From Oscillospiraceae bacterium (GTDB lineage: Bacteria > Bacillota > Clostridia > Oscillospirales > Oscillospiraceae), in the NCBI GenBank assembly GCA_902779945.1, contig CACZDN010000003.1:16549-80548 (forward strand): DNA of 64,000 nucleotides, in the 5' to 3' direction. The position numbers and the translations under genes are program-made. Shown in pieces: positions 8,566 through 16,798 of this stretch (its first letter is position 1; each line of letters begins with the position of its first letter). The notes below the pieces were generated by a model. It had not been told where the DNA came from. It saw nothing but the letters and a program-made list of their open reading frames with translations, and searched no databases.

Positions 8566-9658
8566 CGGGAGAGCCCGCGTCCTACGTCCGGAGATCGCGC
8601 CGGGCTGCCGCGTGCTGGTCATCTCCGACATCCACGCGAATCTCCCGTATTTCGAGGGCCTGCTCAACAAGGTCGGCTTCTGCGAAGACGATGTGCTGAT
8701 CCTCGACGGGGACTTTCTCGAGAAGGGCGCGGAAAGCCTGAAGACCCTGCGCCGCGTGATGGCGCTGTGCGGGAAGGGGAACGTCCTGCCCGTCATGGGC
8801 AACTGCGACGACTGGGCCGCGATCTTTCAGGAGAACGGCCCCTGGGCCCGGAACATCCCGCACTACATGCAGTACCGCAAAAGCGGACTCTTATGGGACA
8901 TGGCGCTGGAGCTGGGGCTGGACCCGATGGCGGTCGGGGAGCTGGAGGACTTCAAGAAGCGCCTCGCCGCGCGCTTTCCGGAGGAATTCGCGTTTCTGGG
9001 CACGCTGCCGCACGCGCTTGAGGCGGGGCGCTATGTCTTCGCCCACGCCGCGGTATACCCGGACAAGCCCCTCGAGGCCCACACGGCGGGGGAGCTGCTG
9101 CGCTGCGACGCCTGGTATGAGCGCGGCTATGCCTTTGACAAATGGGTCGTCGTCGGCCACTATCCGGTGATGCTCTATTGCAGGGACATCGTCTGCGCAA
9201 ACCCCATCCTCGACCGTGCGCGGCACGTCGCCTGCATCGACGGGGCCTGCGTGCTCAAGGACGACGGGCAGCTCAACTGCCTCATCATCCCGGATATCAC
9301 AAAGGACGAGCTGAGCTTTGAGGCCTACGATCCCTTCCCGGTCCGGCGGGTGCTGCGGGATCAGCAGGCGTCCGCGCGCTCCGCCTACATCCGCTGGGGC
9401 GACAGCCGGGTCCGGGTGCTCGAGCGCGGGCCGGAGTTCTCCCGCTGCCGCCACGTCCGCACGGGCTATGAGCTGGATATTCTGACAAAATATCTCTTCT
9501 CCGACGGGGAATATACCGACTGCAACGACTGCACGGATTACGTGCTGCCCCTCCGGGCCGGCGACGAGGTCGGCGTGGTGGAGGAGACGACGCGGGGGTA
9601 TTTCGTCAAGCACAACGGTGTCTCCGGCTGGTATTTCGGCGAACTTAATTCATTGTGA
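8552..9658 (+). CDS. Calcineurin-like metallophosphoesterase with extra C-terminal domain
   Basis: Motifs VISDIHAN, LDGDFLEKG, GNCD and VVGH. Start overlaps the upstream stop by 14 nt. Confidence 0.8.
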   Translation: MGMYDGRARVLRPEIAPGCRVLVISDIHANLPYFEGLLNKVGFCEDDVLILDGDFLEKGAESLKTLRRVMALCGKGNVLPVMGNCDDWAAIFQENGPWARNIPHYMQYRKSGLLWDMALELGLDPMAVGELEDFKKRLAARFPEEFAFLGTLPHALEAGRYVFAHAAVYPDKPLEAHTAGELLRCDAWYERGYAFDKWVVVGHYPVMLYCRDIVCANPILDRARHVACIDGACVLKDDGQLNCLIIPDITKDELSFEAYDPFPVRRVLRDQQASARSAYIRWGDSRVRVLERGPEFSRCRHVRTGYELDILTKYLFSDGEYTDCNDCTDYVLPLRAGDEVGVVEETTRGYFVKHNGVSGWYFGELNSL

Positions 9659-9797
9659 AACGATGTTTCACAATGAAGCACTCGCGCTTATCGCACGCGG
9701 CTTACGGGGGACAAGCCGCGTTTGGTCGGCGCGAGAGCGAGCCCTGCTCGCTTCAAGGTGTTTTTGAGGCGGCAGAGCTGCCTCAAAAACGATTTTG
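9647..9797 (-). repeat. Family B structured intergenic repeat, copy 1 (about 150 nt, four hairpins)
   Basis: The reverse complement aligns along its whole length with 59018-59166. Shared blocks: gtttttgagg..cctcaaaaacacc, cgccgaccaaacgcggc..gccgcgtgcgataagcg.gagt, attg.gaaac..caat. Confidence 0.75.
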
Positions 9798-9815
9798 TAA
9801 ACGAAGGAGCGAATC

Positions 9816-10097
9816 ATGAAGGAATGTGTCCGCCTCGCTGGGCTTTTATGCTGCGGCATGAGTTTTATCCTGCTCGTCGCGATGGGGCTTGACAAGCGCC
9901 GCGCCCGGGCCGACAGACGGCGCGTACCGGAGAGGACGCTGTTTCTCCTCGCCCTGCTGTTCGGCGCGCCGGGCGGATTGCTCGGCATGTATGCCTTCCG
10001 GCACAAGACGAAGCACTGGTATTTCGTGCTCGGCTTCTGGCTTCTCGCCGCCGTGCAGCTCGGCGCGCTGGGCTATTTCGCATATCGGACTATGTAA
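9816..10097 (+). CDS. DUF1294 family small membrane protein
   Basis: Motif RVPERTL..GAPGGLLGMYAFRHKTKHWYF. RBS AAGGAG at 9803-9808. Confidence 0.8.
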   Translation: MKECVRLAGLLCCGMSFILLVAMGLDKRRARADRRRVPERTLFLLALLFGAPGGLLGMYAFRHKTKHWYFVLGFWLLAAVQLGALGYFAYRTM

Positions 10098-10152
10098 CCC
10101 GGCGCCCGTGGGGAGGACGGGGCCGCCCGCTCTCCCCGCGCGTCCATCAAAA

Positions 10153-10365
10153 TCAGATCTCGTCGTCTATGATGGCGTCGCTGCGAAACAGCAGACTCAC
10201 GCACCACAGGGCCGACAGGCCGACCAGGGTGTAGATCACCCGGCTGACGGTGGCGGTCTGCCCGCCGAAGAGCCAGGCGACGAGATCAAAACGAAACAGG
10301 CCGATGCTGCCCCAGTTGATGCCGCCGATGATGGTCAGCACCAATGCGATCCGGTCCATAAGCAT
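10153..10365 (-). CDS. DUF378 family small membrane protein
   Basis: 70 aa, with IGGINWGSIGLFRFDLVAWLFGG typical of DUF378. ATG at 10365 is preceded by GAGAGGAG. The longer track ORF is an upstream extension. Confidence 0.8.
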   Translation of the reverse strand: MLMDRIALVLTIIGGINWGSIGLFRFDLVAWLFGGQTATVSRVIYTLVGLSALWCVSLLFRSDAIIDDEI

Positions 10366-10635
10366 GTGCGATACGCTCCTCTCTTTTCGGAAAACGCGGT
10401 GTGCGCTTTCTTTGGATTCCCGCTTATTGTTCCCCAAAACCGCGCGTCTATACATGGATGAGCTGTTGACATCGCAATGGGGCGGGTGCTGCGCGGCATC
10501 CTTCCCGTTCGACAAAACTGGTGCTTTCTCGCTCTTTACAAGACGGCGCGCTTGTGCTACCATACAATCACAGCTTATCCAATTGGCCTTTCGAAGGAAA
10601 GGCCGCGGCTCATATCTTTATCCCAAACCCTGTCT

Positions 10636-10666
10636 TGCGGATCGCTTTGCGGTCCGCACTTTTTTG
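10636..10666 (+). terminator. Orphan plus-strand hairpin plus T-run inside a 500-bp non-coding gap
   Basis: Arms tgcgga and tccgca, followed by cttttttg. No plus-strand CDS ends nearby. Confidence 0.35.
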
Positions 10667-10694
10667 TTGCGCCCCGCTGTCATTCCAAAGAATA

Positions 10695-10745
10695 TAAAAA
10701 ACAGCCCTCGGCGAAAACGGGTCATGCCGCGTATTCGCCGGGGGC
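10695..10745 (-). terminator. Rho-independent terminator for the 10866-11573 gene
   Basis: 12-bp GC-rich stem gccctcggcgaa / ttcgccgggggc (one mismatch). On the minus strand it is followed by TGTTTTTTAT. Confidence 0.6.
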
Positions 10746-10865
10746 AAATGCAATTTTCAGTTTTTCCCCTGCCGGGCTGCCGAGGGCGTCAGCCCCTGCG
10801 GTGCTGCTGTTTCCGCATTCCCGGTAAGGAACCTTATTCCCAGCCGCGGAAAAGGATTGCCGCGG

Positions 10866-11573
10866 TCAGGAGAGGCTGCCGTTGATCTGATCGTACATGC
10901 TCTGCTCGTACGCGGCGAGAGCGGCGACAGCGTCGGCCTCGGCCTGGCGGTTTTTCTCCACGGCGGCCTCAAATTCCTGCTGCCTCCGCTCCAGCTCCAT
11001 GCCAGCCGGCACCAGCAACCCGACATCATGGGCGACCGTGCCCTCAATGGCAAGGGCCATCTGCTCGTCAAAGTACTTTTTGAGCGCGTCCTTGGCCTCC
11101 CGCTTCTGCGTATCCAGCGTTTCGCGGCCCTTTGCATATTCGACCTCTTGGCTGACATGGCCGGCGATGGCAAGGGCCAGCTGCTCGTCCCAGAGCTGCT
11201 TATACTTGTTCCTGGCCTCCCATTCCTCCCAGAACAGCGCTGTTTGCGCCGCCTCGAAGGTCGTCGCGCGGTCTTTCTTGTACTGCACCAGCGCGTTGAA
11301 CGCGGCGGTTTCATCCTCTTTGTTCTTGTTCCGGGCGTCGGCAAGCTCGATTAAGCGGTCGAGCACCGTGTCGAAGATGAGCTGCCACTGCTGAAGCTCG
11401 TGCTCCGAAAGCCCGTCATCCGGGTTTTGCTTGTGCGCCCACAGGATCGCTCTGGCCTTATCAAAAGCTGCCGCCTCGTCATAGATGCCGTCGGCGAACG
11501 CCTGCGCGGCGAGGCCGGCAAGCAGCATCACGCACAGGGCGAGCGCGATAAGACGCTTCGCATGTTTGTTCAC
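10866..11573 (-). CDS. Secreted helical-repeat protein, function unknown (paralog of 11768-12286)
   Basis: Signal peptide ..LLAGLAAQAFA. Internal repeats KYKQLWDEQLALAIAG / KYFDEQMALAIEG, and QEFEAAVEKNRQAEADA. GTG start at 11573 with AGGAGG 8 nt upstream. Confidence 0.7.
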   Translation of the reverse strand: MNKHAKRLIALALCVMLLAGLAAQAFADGIYDEAAAFDKARAILWAHKQNPDDGLSEHELQQWQLIFDTVLDRLIELADARNKNKEDETAAFNALVQYKKDRATTFEAAQTALFWEEWEARNKYKQLWDEQLALAIAGHVSQEVEYAKGRETLDTQKREAKDALKKYFDEQMALAIEGTVAHDVGLLVPAGMELERRQQEFEAAVEKNRQAEADAVAALAAYEQSMYDQINGSLS

Positions 11574-11626
11574 GGAATCATCCTCCTTCTCGTTTTGCAG
11601 CGCAGCGCTGCGATCATGGCAGATTT

Positions 11627-11655
11627 ATTATGCAGTGCGCAGGGAGCAATGTCAA
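11627..11655 (-). promoter_or_regulatory. Promoter of the 10866-11573 gene
   Basis: Minus strand reads TTGACA, 17-nt spacer, CATAAT. Confidence 0.55.
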
Positions 11656-11680
11656 GGACGAACTCCCCGTATTTCGGACG

Positions 11681-11719
11681 TTTTTGAAAAACACGCGGCA
11701 AATCCGCAGATTTGCCGCG
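11681..11719 (-). terminator. Rho-independent terminator of the 11768-12286 gene
   Basis: Stem cgcggcaaatc / gatttgccgcg (11694-11719), followed on the minus strand by a T-run. Confidence 0.65.
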
Positions 11720-11767
11720 CGTTTCACGTGATATGGCAATGTTTATGAAGCACGATCAGACCGGTTA

Positions 11768-12286
11768 CTACCTGAGCTCCTTGGGGCTCTGGACTTCGCC
11801 GTTGAAGATGTATTGCCACATACCGTCGTTGTACTTCTCCAGCGCTTCCCTGGCCTTGCTCTCGGCCTCCTTGTTCTTTGTGACGGCGTCAGCAAACTCC
11901 TGATCCTTCTTTATGAGCTCCTCCTTAGCCTTCTGGAGCTTTTTCCCGCGCTCAATAAAACCGTCGATGGCGACATCCCACATGCCATCCTCGTACTTTT
12001 CCAGATCCTGCTGGGCCTTGCCTTCGGCCTCCTTGTTCTTTGTGACGGCGTCAGCAAACTCCTGTTCCTTCTTGTCGAGTTCGTCCATAGCCTTCTGGAG
12101 CTCATTCATGCGCTCGATTTCGCCGTTGAAGATGAATTCCCACATACCCTCATTGTACTTGTCCAGCGCGTCCAGCGCCTCCAACGCTTTCTGATCCGTT
12201 GTTGCGAAAGCCTGAACGGAAACAACTCCAGCGAGCATCATCACGCAGACGACCATAGCGACAAGCTGTTTCAAGGTTTTGCTCAT
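11768..12286 (-). CDS. Secreted helical-repeat protein, 2.5 x 54-aa repeats, function unknown
   Basis: Signal peptide ..MLAGVVSVQAFA. Repeat unit EKY.DGMW..I.G.IER...LQKA..EL.KK.QEFADAVTKNKEAE.KA. ATG at 12286 with AGGAGG upstream. Confidence 0.75.
   Translation of the reverse strand: MSKTLKQLVAMVVCVMMLAGVVSVQAFATTDQKALEALDALDKYNEGMWEFIFNGEIERMNELQKAMDELDKKEQEFADAVTKNKEAEGKAQQDLEKYEDGMWDVAIDGFIERGKKLQKAKEELIKKDQEFADAVTKNKEAESKAREALEKYNDGMWQYIFNGEVQSPKELR
11862..11902. repeat. 41-bp perfect direct repeat (first copy) inside the repeat-protein gene
   Basis: tcggcctccttgttctttgtgacggcgtcagcaaactcctg recurs at 12024-12064. The period is 162 nt (54 codons). Confidence 0.9.
12024..12064. repeat. 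41-bp perfect direct repeat (second copy)
   Basis: Identical to 11862-11902. Confidence 0.9.
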
Positions 12287-12345
12287 AAGATAATCCTCCT
12301 TTTCAGTGGTATTAAAAATGTGTATACCACCCAATTATAAAATAT

Positions 12346-12374
12346 AGTATAGCACAAGTGGGAATGTCTGTCAA
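12346..12374 (-). promoter_or_regulatory. Promoter of the 11768-12286 gene
   Basis: Minus strand reads TTGACA, 17-nt spacer, TATACT. The -35 sits inside the small inverted repeat ggaatgt..acattcc. Confidence 0.6.
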
Positions 12375-12431
12375 TATACATTCCGTGCTTTTCACGGTAC
12401 AAAACGCCCGTGGTACATATCAATAAAGCTC

Positions 12432-12460
12432 TTGCGCATGCTGCGCTTCCGTGATATAAT
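12432..12460 (+). promoter_or_regulatory. Promoter of the NifU-like/GGGtGRT operon
   Basis: TTGCGC, 17-nt spacer, TATAAT. Confidence 0.6.
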
Positions 12461-12543
12461 CGGAATGTTAGGAAGGCGCCGCGAAAGCTGTCGCCTACTT
12501 GGTTCCCGTTTTTCAACACAACTCTAAAGAGGAGGAATCGCCT

Positions 12544-13236
12544 ATGAATTACACCGCAGAAGTCACGCATATGTGCCCGGTCGCCAAGGGCGCATACCAC
12601 GGTCCCGCGCCGATCCCCGAGGAGGGCAAATGGGTGCAGGCCAAGCAGATCGGAGACATCTCCGGCTTTACCCACGGCATCGGCTGGTGCGCGCCGCAGC
12701 AGGGCGCCTGCAAGCTGACGCTCAACGTCAAGGAGGGCGTCATCGAGGAGGCGCTGGTCGAGACGATCGGCTGCTCCGGCATGACCCATTCCGCCGCCAT
12801 GGCCTCGGAGATCCTGATCGGCAAGACGCTGCTCGAGGCGCTGAATACCGACCTCGTGTGCGACGCGATCAACACCGCCATGCGTGAGCTGTTTCTGCAA
12901 ATCGTTTACGGCCGCACCCAGAGCGCCTTTTCCGAGGGCGGTCTGCTGGTCGGCGCCTCGCTGGAGGATCTCGGCAAGGGTCTGCGCTCGCAGGTCGGCA
13001 CCATGTTCGCCACCAGCGCGAAGGGCCCGCGCTACCTGGAGATGACGGAGGGCTACTGCTCCCGCATGGCACTCAACGCCGAGGGCGAGATCATCGGCTA
13101 CGAGTTCATCAGCCTCGGCAAGATGATGGACTTCATCAAGGGCGGCATGGACGCGAACGAAGCGCTCAAGAAGGCCACCGGCCACTACGGCCAGTGGGAC
13201 GCGGCCGTCAAGTACATTGACCCTCGCAAGGAATAA
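12544..13236 (+). CDS. NifU/IscU-like Fe-S scaffold-domain protein (usual partner of GGGtGRT proteins)
   Basis: Cys-containing motifs GWCAPQQGAC and ETIGCSGMTHSAAMASE..GKTLLEAL resemble the IscU N-terminal domain. RBS AGAGGAGG before the ATG at 12544. Confidence 0.65.
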   Translation: MNYTAEVTHMCPVAKGAYHGPAPIPEEGKWVQAKQIGDISGFTHGIGWCAPQQGACKLTLNVKEGVIEEALVETIGCSGMTHSAAMASEILIGKTLLEALNTDLVCDAINTAMRELFLQIVYGRTQSAFSEGGLLVGASLEDLGKGLRSQVGTMFATSAKGPRYLEMTEGYCSRMALNAEGEIIGYEFISLGKMMDFIKGGMDANEALKKATGHYGQWDAAVKYIDPRKE

Positions 13237-13250
13237 GGGAGGAGCAGACG

Positions 13251-14203
13251 ATGGCATTATTTGAAAACTACGATCGCCGCATCGAGAAGATCAACGGCGT
13301 ACTTGCCGAGTACGGCATCGCCTCCGTGGAAGAGAGCCGCGAAATCTGCAAGCAGGCCGGCTTCGACCCCTACGAGATCGCCAAGGGCATCCAGCCCATC
13401 TGCTTTGAGAACGTCTGCTGGGCCTACTGTGTCGGCGCGGCCATCGCCCTGAAATCCGGGGTGAAGAACGCCGAGGAGGCCGCCCGCGCCATCGGCATCG
13501 GCCTGCAGAGCTTCTGCATCGACGGCTCCGTCGCCGACGACCGCAAGGTCGGTCTGGGCCACGGCAATCTGGCCGCCATGCTCCTGAGTGACGAGAGCAA
13601 ATGCTTCGCTTTCCTCGCCGGACACGAGTCTTTCGCCGCCGCCGAGGGCGCCATCGGCATCGTCCGCAACGCCAACAAGGTGCGCAAGACGCCCCTGCGC
13701 GTCATCCTCAACGGTCTCGGCAAGGACGCCGCGCAGATCATCTCCCGCATCAACGGCTTCACCTACGTCCAGACCCAGTTCGACTACTACACCGGCGAGC
13801 TGAAGATCGTCCGCGAGATCCGCTACTCCGAGGGCGAGCGCGCCAACGTCCGCTGCTACGGCGCCGACGATGTGCGCGAGGGCGTGGCCATCATGCACGC
13901 CGAGGGCGTTGACGTGTCCATCACGGGCAACTCCACCAACCCGACCCGCTTCCAGCACCCCGTCGCCGGCACCTACAAGAAGGAGTGCGTGGAGCAGGGC
14001 AAGAAGTACTTCTCCGTGGCCTCCGGCGGCGGCACCGGCCGCACGCTGCACCCGGACAACATGGCCATTCCGACGCGCAGTTTGCCGGCTCTTCCTCCGT
14101 GCCCGCGCACGTGGAGATGATGGGCTTCCTCGGCATGGGCAACAACCCCATGGTCGGCGCCACCGTCGCCGTTGCCGTCGCAGTCCAGAACAGCCTGAAG
14201 TAA
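13251..14203 (+). pseudogene. GGGtGRT-family protein (PF14057-type), interrupted by a frameshift near 14064-14068
   Basis: Frame 1 (13251-14120) carries ...SGGGTGRTLHPDNMA and then nonsense ending at 14120. The shifted frame reads HSDAQFAGSSSVPAHVEMMGFLGMGNNPMVGATVAVAVAV and ends at 14203. Confidence 0.7.
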
Positions 14204-14221
14204 TTCCATATTCGAGCAAAA

Positions 14222-14255
14222 ACAGAGGAGGCAGTCGCCTCCTCTGTTTTTTTTG
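14222..14255. terminator. Strong bidirectional rho-independent terminator
   Basis: Perfect 11-bp stem acagaggaggc / gcctcctctgt, 4-nt loop, T8 downstream and an A-run upstream. Lies between convergent genes. Confidence 0.8.
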
Positions 14256-14353
14256 CTGCGGAGCATATCCGGCAGTCGCCCGGAAGAGGCCGCTGCGCTG
14301 CGGCTGTGCGCCGGGGCGAAAGGCCCTCCGTGATCGGCGCCGCCTGTCATCTC

Positions 14354-15787
14354 TCAGAACTGGAAATAGATAAACGGGCTCTGGCCGGTGTAGCCCAGGG
14401 CCAGGGTCAGGCCGGCAAAGAGAAAGAACGCAAGCAGGCCGCGGAAGCTGCTGAGGCTCACGGTGGGGTAATAGCCTGTCGGAACCTCGCCGCGCTTTTC
14501 GGCGCGGGCGCAGGCGGCGAGGTGGGCCCCCCAGGTGAGGGCGAGGCCGAAGACGCCCCAGAAGCTGACGTAGCGCACGCCCCGGTGCAGCGTGAAGATA
14601 TAGACGAAAATGTGCCACGCCTGCGAGATCGAGCTTGCGCGGAAGATGACGGCGCTCAGACAGATGAAGGTGAAGGTCAGAAGGACGTAGACCGCCCGCG
14701 CCGCCGGGCCGTCCGGCAGCTTTTTCCGCAGCGGGGCCGAGAAGCGATGGACGCACTGGGCCGCGCCCAGAAGCGCCCCCCACAGCACAAAGGTCCAGGC
14801 CGCGCCGTGCCAGAGGCCGCAGACCGTCATGATGAGGAAGAGGTTAAGGTAGGTGCGCCCCTCCCCTTTCCGGCTGCCGCCGAGGGGGAAGTACAGATAC
14901 TCGGTCAGCCAGGTGGAGAGGCTGATGTGCCAGCGCCGCCAGAACTCGCTGACGTTTCGGGAGATGAAGGGCAGGTTGAAGTTGCGCGGCAGCTCGTAGC
15001 CGAGGCATTTGGCACAGCCCACCGCCATGTCCGAATAGCCGGAGAAATCGCAGTAGAGCTGGACAAAGTATGCGTAGGCCATGAGCAGCAGCGTCCCGGC
15101 GCTGTAGGCGGCGGGGGCGCGGTGGACGGCGTCGACGAAGGAGGAGATGTTGTCCGCGATGACGATCTTTTTGAAGAGACCGAAGACAAAAATCTGGACG
15201 CCCTCCTCAAGCCTCGCGAGAGAGATGCAGCGCTCCTCCCGGAGCTGTGGCAGAAACTCCCCGGCCTTCACGATGGGCCCCGCGACGAGCTGGGGGAAAA
15301 AGGCGATGTAGAGGGCGGTGCGCACAAAGTCGCGCTCCGCCTCGAGCTTGCCGCGCGACACGTCTATGGTGTAGCTCAGGGACTGGAAGGTGTAGAAGCT
15401 GATGCCCACGGGCAGCAGGATGCGGAGAGTTCCCGCGCGCGCGATGCCGAACACCGCGCAGAAGGAGTCCACGAAGAAGTTATAATACTTGAACACCCCG
15501 AGCACCAGAAGCGGCGCCGCGACGCCGAGCACGAGAGCCGTGCGCCGCCAGGGCTTGTCCATCTGCAGAGCCGACACATGGGCCACCAGCGTGAGCGCGA
15601 GCATCAGCAGGCAGCAGGCCCAGTTCCACCAGCCGTAGAACACATAGCTTGCCGCGAGCAGCAGGATGTGCCGGAGACGAAGGCGCTTTTCTCTTTCGAG
15701 CCCTTCAAACGCGGGGAGCCTTGTGAGCGCCATGGCAAGGCAGACCAGGGCGAAGAAGACGACAAAGGTAAAGCTGTTGAAAAGCAT
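14354..15787 (-). CDS. MBOAT-family membrane O-acyltransferase (AlgI/DltB-like)
   Basis: N-terminus MLFNSFTFVVFF and multi-TM profile. Conserved ...YSDMAVG...NFN.PF...EFWRRWHISLS.W..YLY.PLGGS. Confidence 0.9.
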   Translation of the reverse strand: MLFNSFTFVVFFALVCLAMALTRLPAFEGLEREKRLRLRHILLLAASYVFYGWWNWACCLLMLALTLVAHVSALQMDKPWRRTALVLGVAAPLLVLGVFKYYNFFVDSFCAVFGIARAGTLRILLPVGISFYTFQSLSYTIDVSRGKLEAERDFVRTALYIAFFPQLVAGPIVKAGEFLPQLREERCISLARLEEGVQIFVFGLFKKIVIADNISSFVDAVHRAPAAYSAGTLLLMAYAYFVQLYCDFSGYSDMAVGCAKCLGYELPRNFNLPFISRNVSEFWRRWHISLSTWLTEYLYFPLGGSRKGEGRTYLNLFLIMTVCGLWHGAAWTFVLWGALLGAAQCVHRFSAPLRKKLPDGPAARAVYVLLTFTFICLSAVIFRASSISQAWHIFVYIFTLHRGVRYVSFWGVFGLALTWGAHLAACARAEKRGEVPTGYYPTVSLSSFRGLLAFFLFAGLTLALGYTGQSPFIYFQF

Positions 15788-15791
15788 CCGC

Positions 15792-16790
15792 TCAGGCCCC
15801 CTCTCCCGTGAGATACGCGTATACGCTCTCGGCATAGATCTGGTGGCCCAGGCTGTTGATGTGCCCCTCGCCGGGCGCGGTGTTGGCAAAGCCGAAGGGG
15901 AGGTGTCCGTCCTCCTCCATGGCGGCGATGTTTTTCTCCGTCAGGTCGAGAAAGGCAAGGCCGTACTGCGCGCAGAGTCTGGAGAAGGTCTCACGCTCGC
16001 CGGGGCGGGCCTCCGTGACGCCATGTCCCGCAGCGTCCGGCTGCACCGAGGGCGTGTAGACCAGGATGCCCTGCACGCCGTACTGCGCGCAGAGTCTCGC
16101 GGTCTTCTCAAGGAGCCGGGAGAGAGAGGCCTCATAGGCTTCCTGTGTGACGGGCGCCGCGCTCACCGCCGCGGCCGCGACGGCCTCGTTCGTGCCCTTG
16201 AAGTACTTGGTGTAGAGAAGGCGCAGATAGGGCAGCTTTTGCAGCGCCGTGAGCAGTCCGCCCGTGTGCGAGGGAATGTCCGGCAGAGTGCCGTCAACGG
16301 CGGCGTCCATGGCGGCGGGATCGTAGCTCAGGGTGGCGAGCTCAAAGATCACGGCCTCCCGCGGCGCATAGGTTTCGAGCGCTCTGTCCAGACGTTTCAC
16401 GGCGTACAGGAAGGTATGCCCCGCCATGCCGATGTTATAGGTATACTTCTCCCCGGCAAAACACTCGTTGAGAAGATTTGCGGCGTTCTCGACCTGGAAG
16501 ATGCAGAAGCCCTCCGTGTGGGATGAGCCCATGAGCAGCAGGTCGATCTCCTCCCCGGGGGTATAGTCGCGGAGATTATTGAAGCCGTCGTTATTGACAC
16601 GGCCCGCGCCGAAGCCTTCGGTCCCGCGGGCGTAGAAGCCCGGCTCGTACTTGTACTCGGTCGCGCCGTCGGGGTTTTCATGGTGGACGGGGATGTTATA
16701 ATAGAGCGCGCAGAAAAGGCAGAGCAGCGCAAAGGCCGCCGCCCCCGCGAAAAACGCCTTCAGAAGCCAGCGTAAAACCGTTTTTGTCAT
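15792..16790 (-). CDS. SGNH/AlgX-DltD-like accessory protein of the MBOAT acyltransferase
   Basis: N-terminal TM anchor, then LLMGSSHTEG (GDS-like block). Lies 4 nt upstream of the MBOAT gene. ATG at 16790. Confidence 0.6.
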   Translation of the reverse strand: MTKTVLRWLLKAFFAGAAAFALLCLFCALYYNIPVHHENPDGATEYKYEPGFYARGTEGFGAGRVNNDGFNNLRDYTPGEEIDLLLMGSSHTEGFCIFQVENAANLLNECFAGEKYTYNIGMAGHTFLYAVKRLDRALETYAPREAVIFELATLSYDPAAMDAAVDGTLPDIPSHTGGLLTALQKLPYLRLLYTKYFKGTNEAVAAAAVSAAPVTQEAYEASLSRLLEKTARLCAQYGVQGILVYTPSVQPDAAGHGVTEARPGERETFSRLCAQYGLAFLDLTEKNIAAMEEDGHLPFGFANTAPGEGHINSLGHQIYAESVYAYLTGEGA

Positions 16791-16798
16791 CGTCGTCC

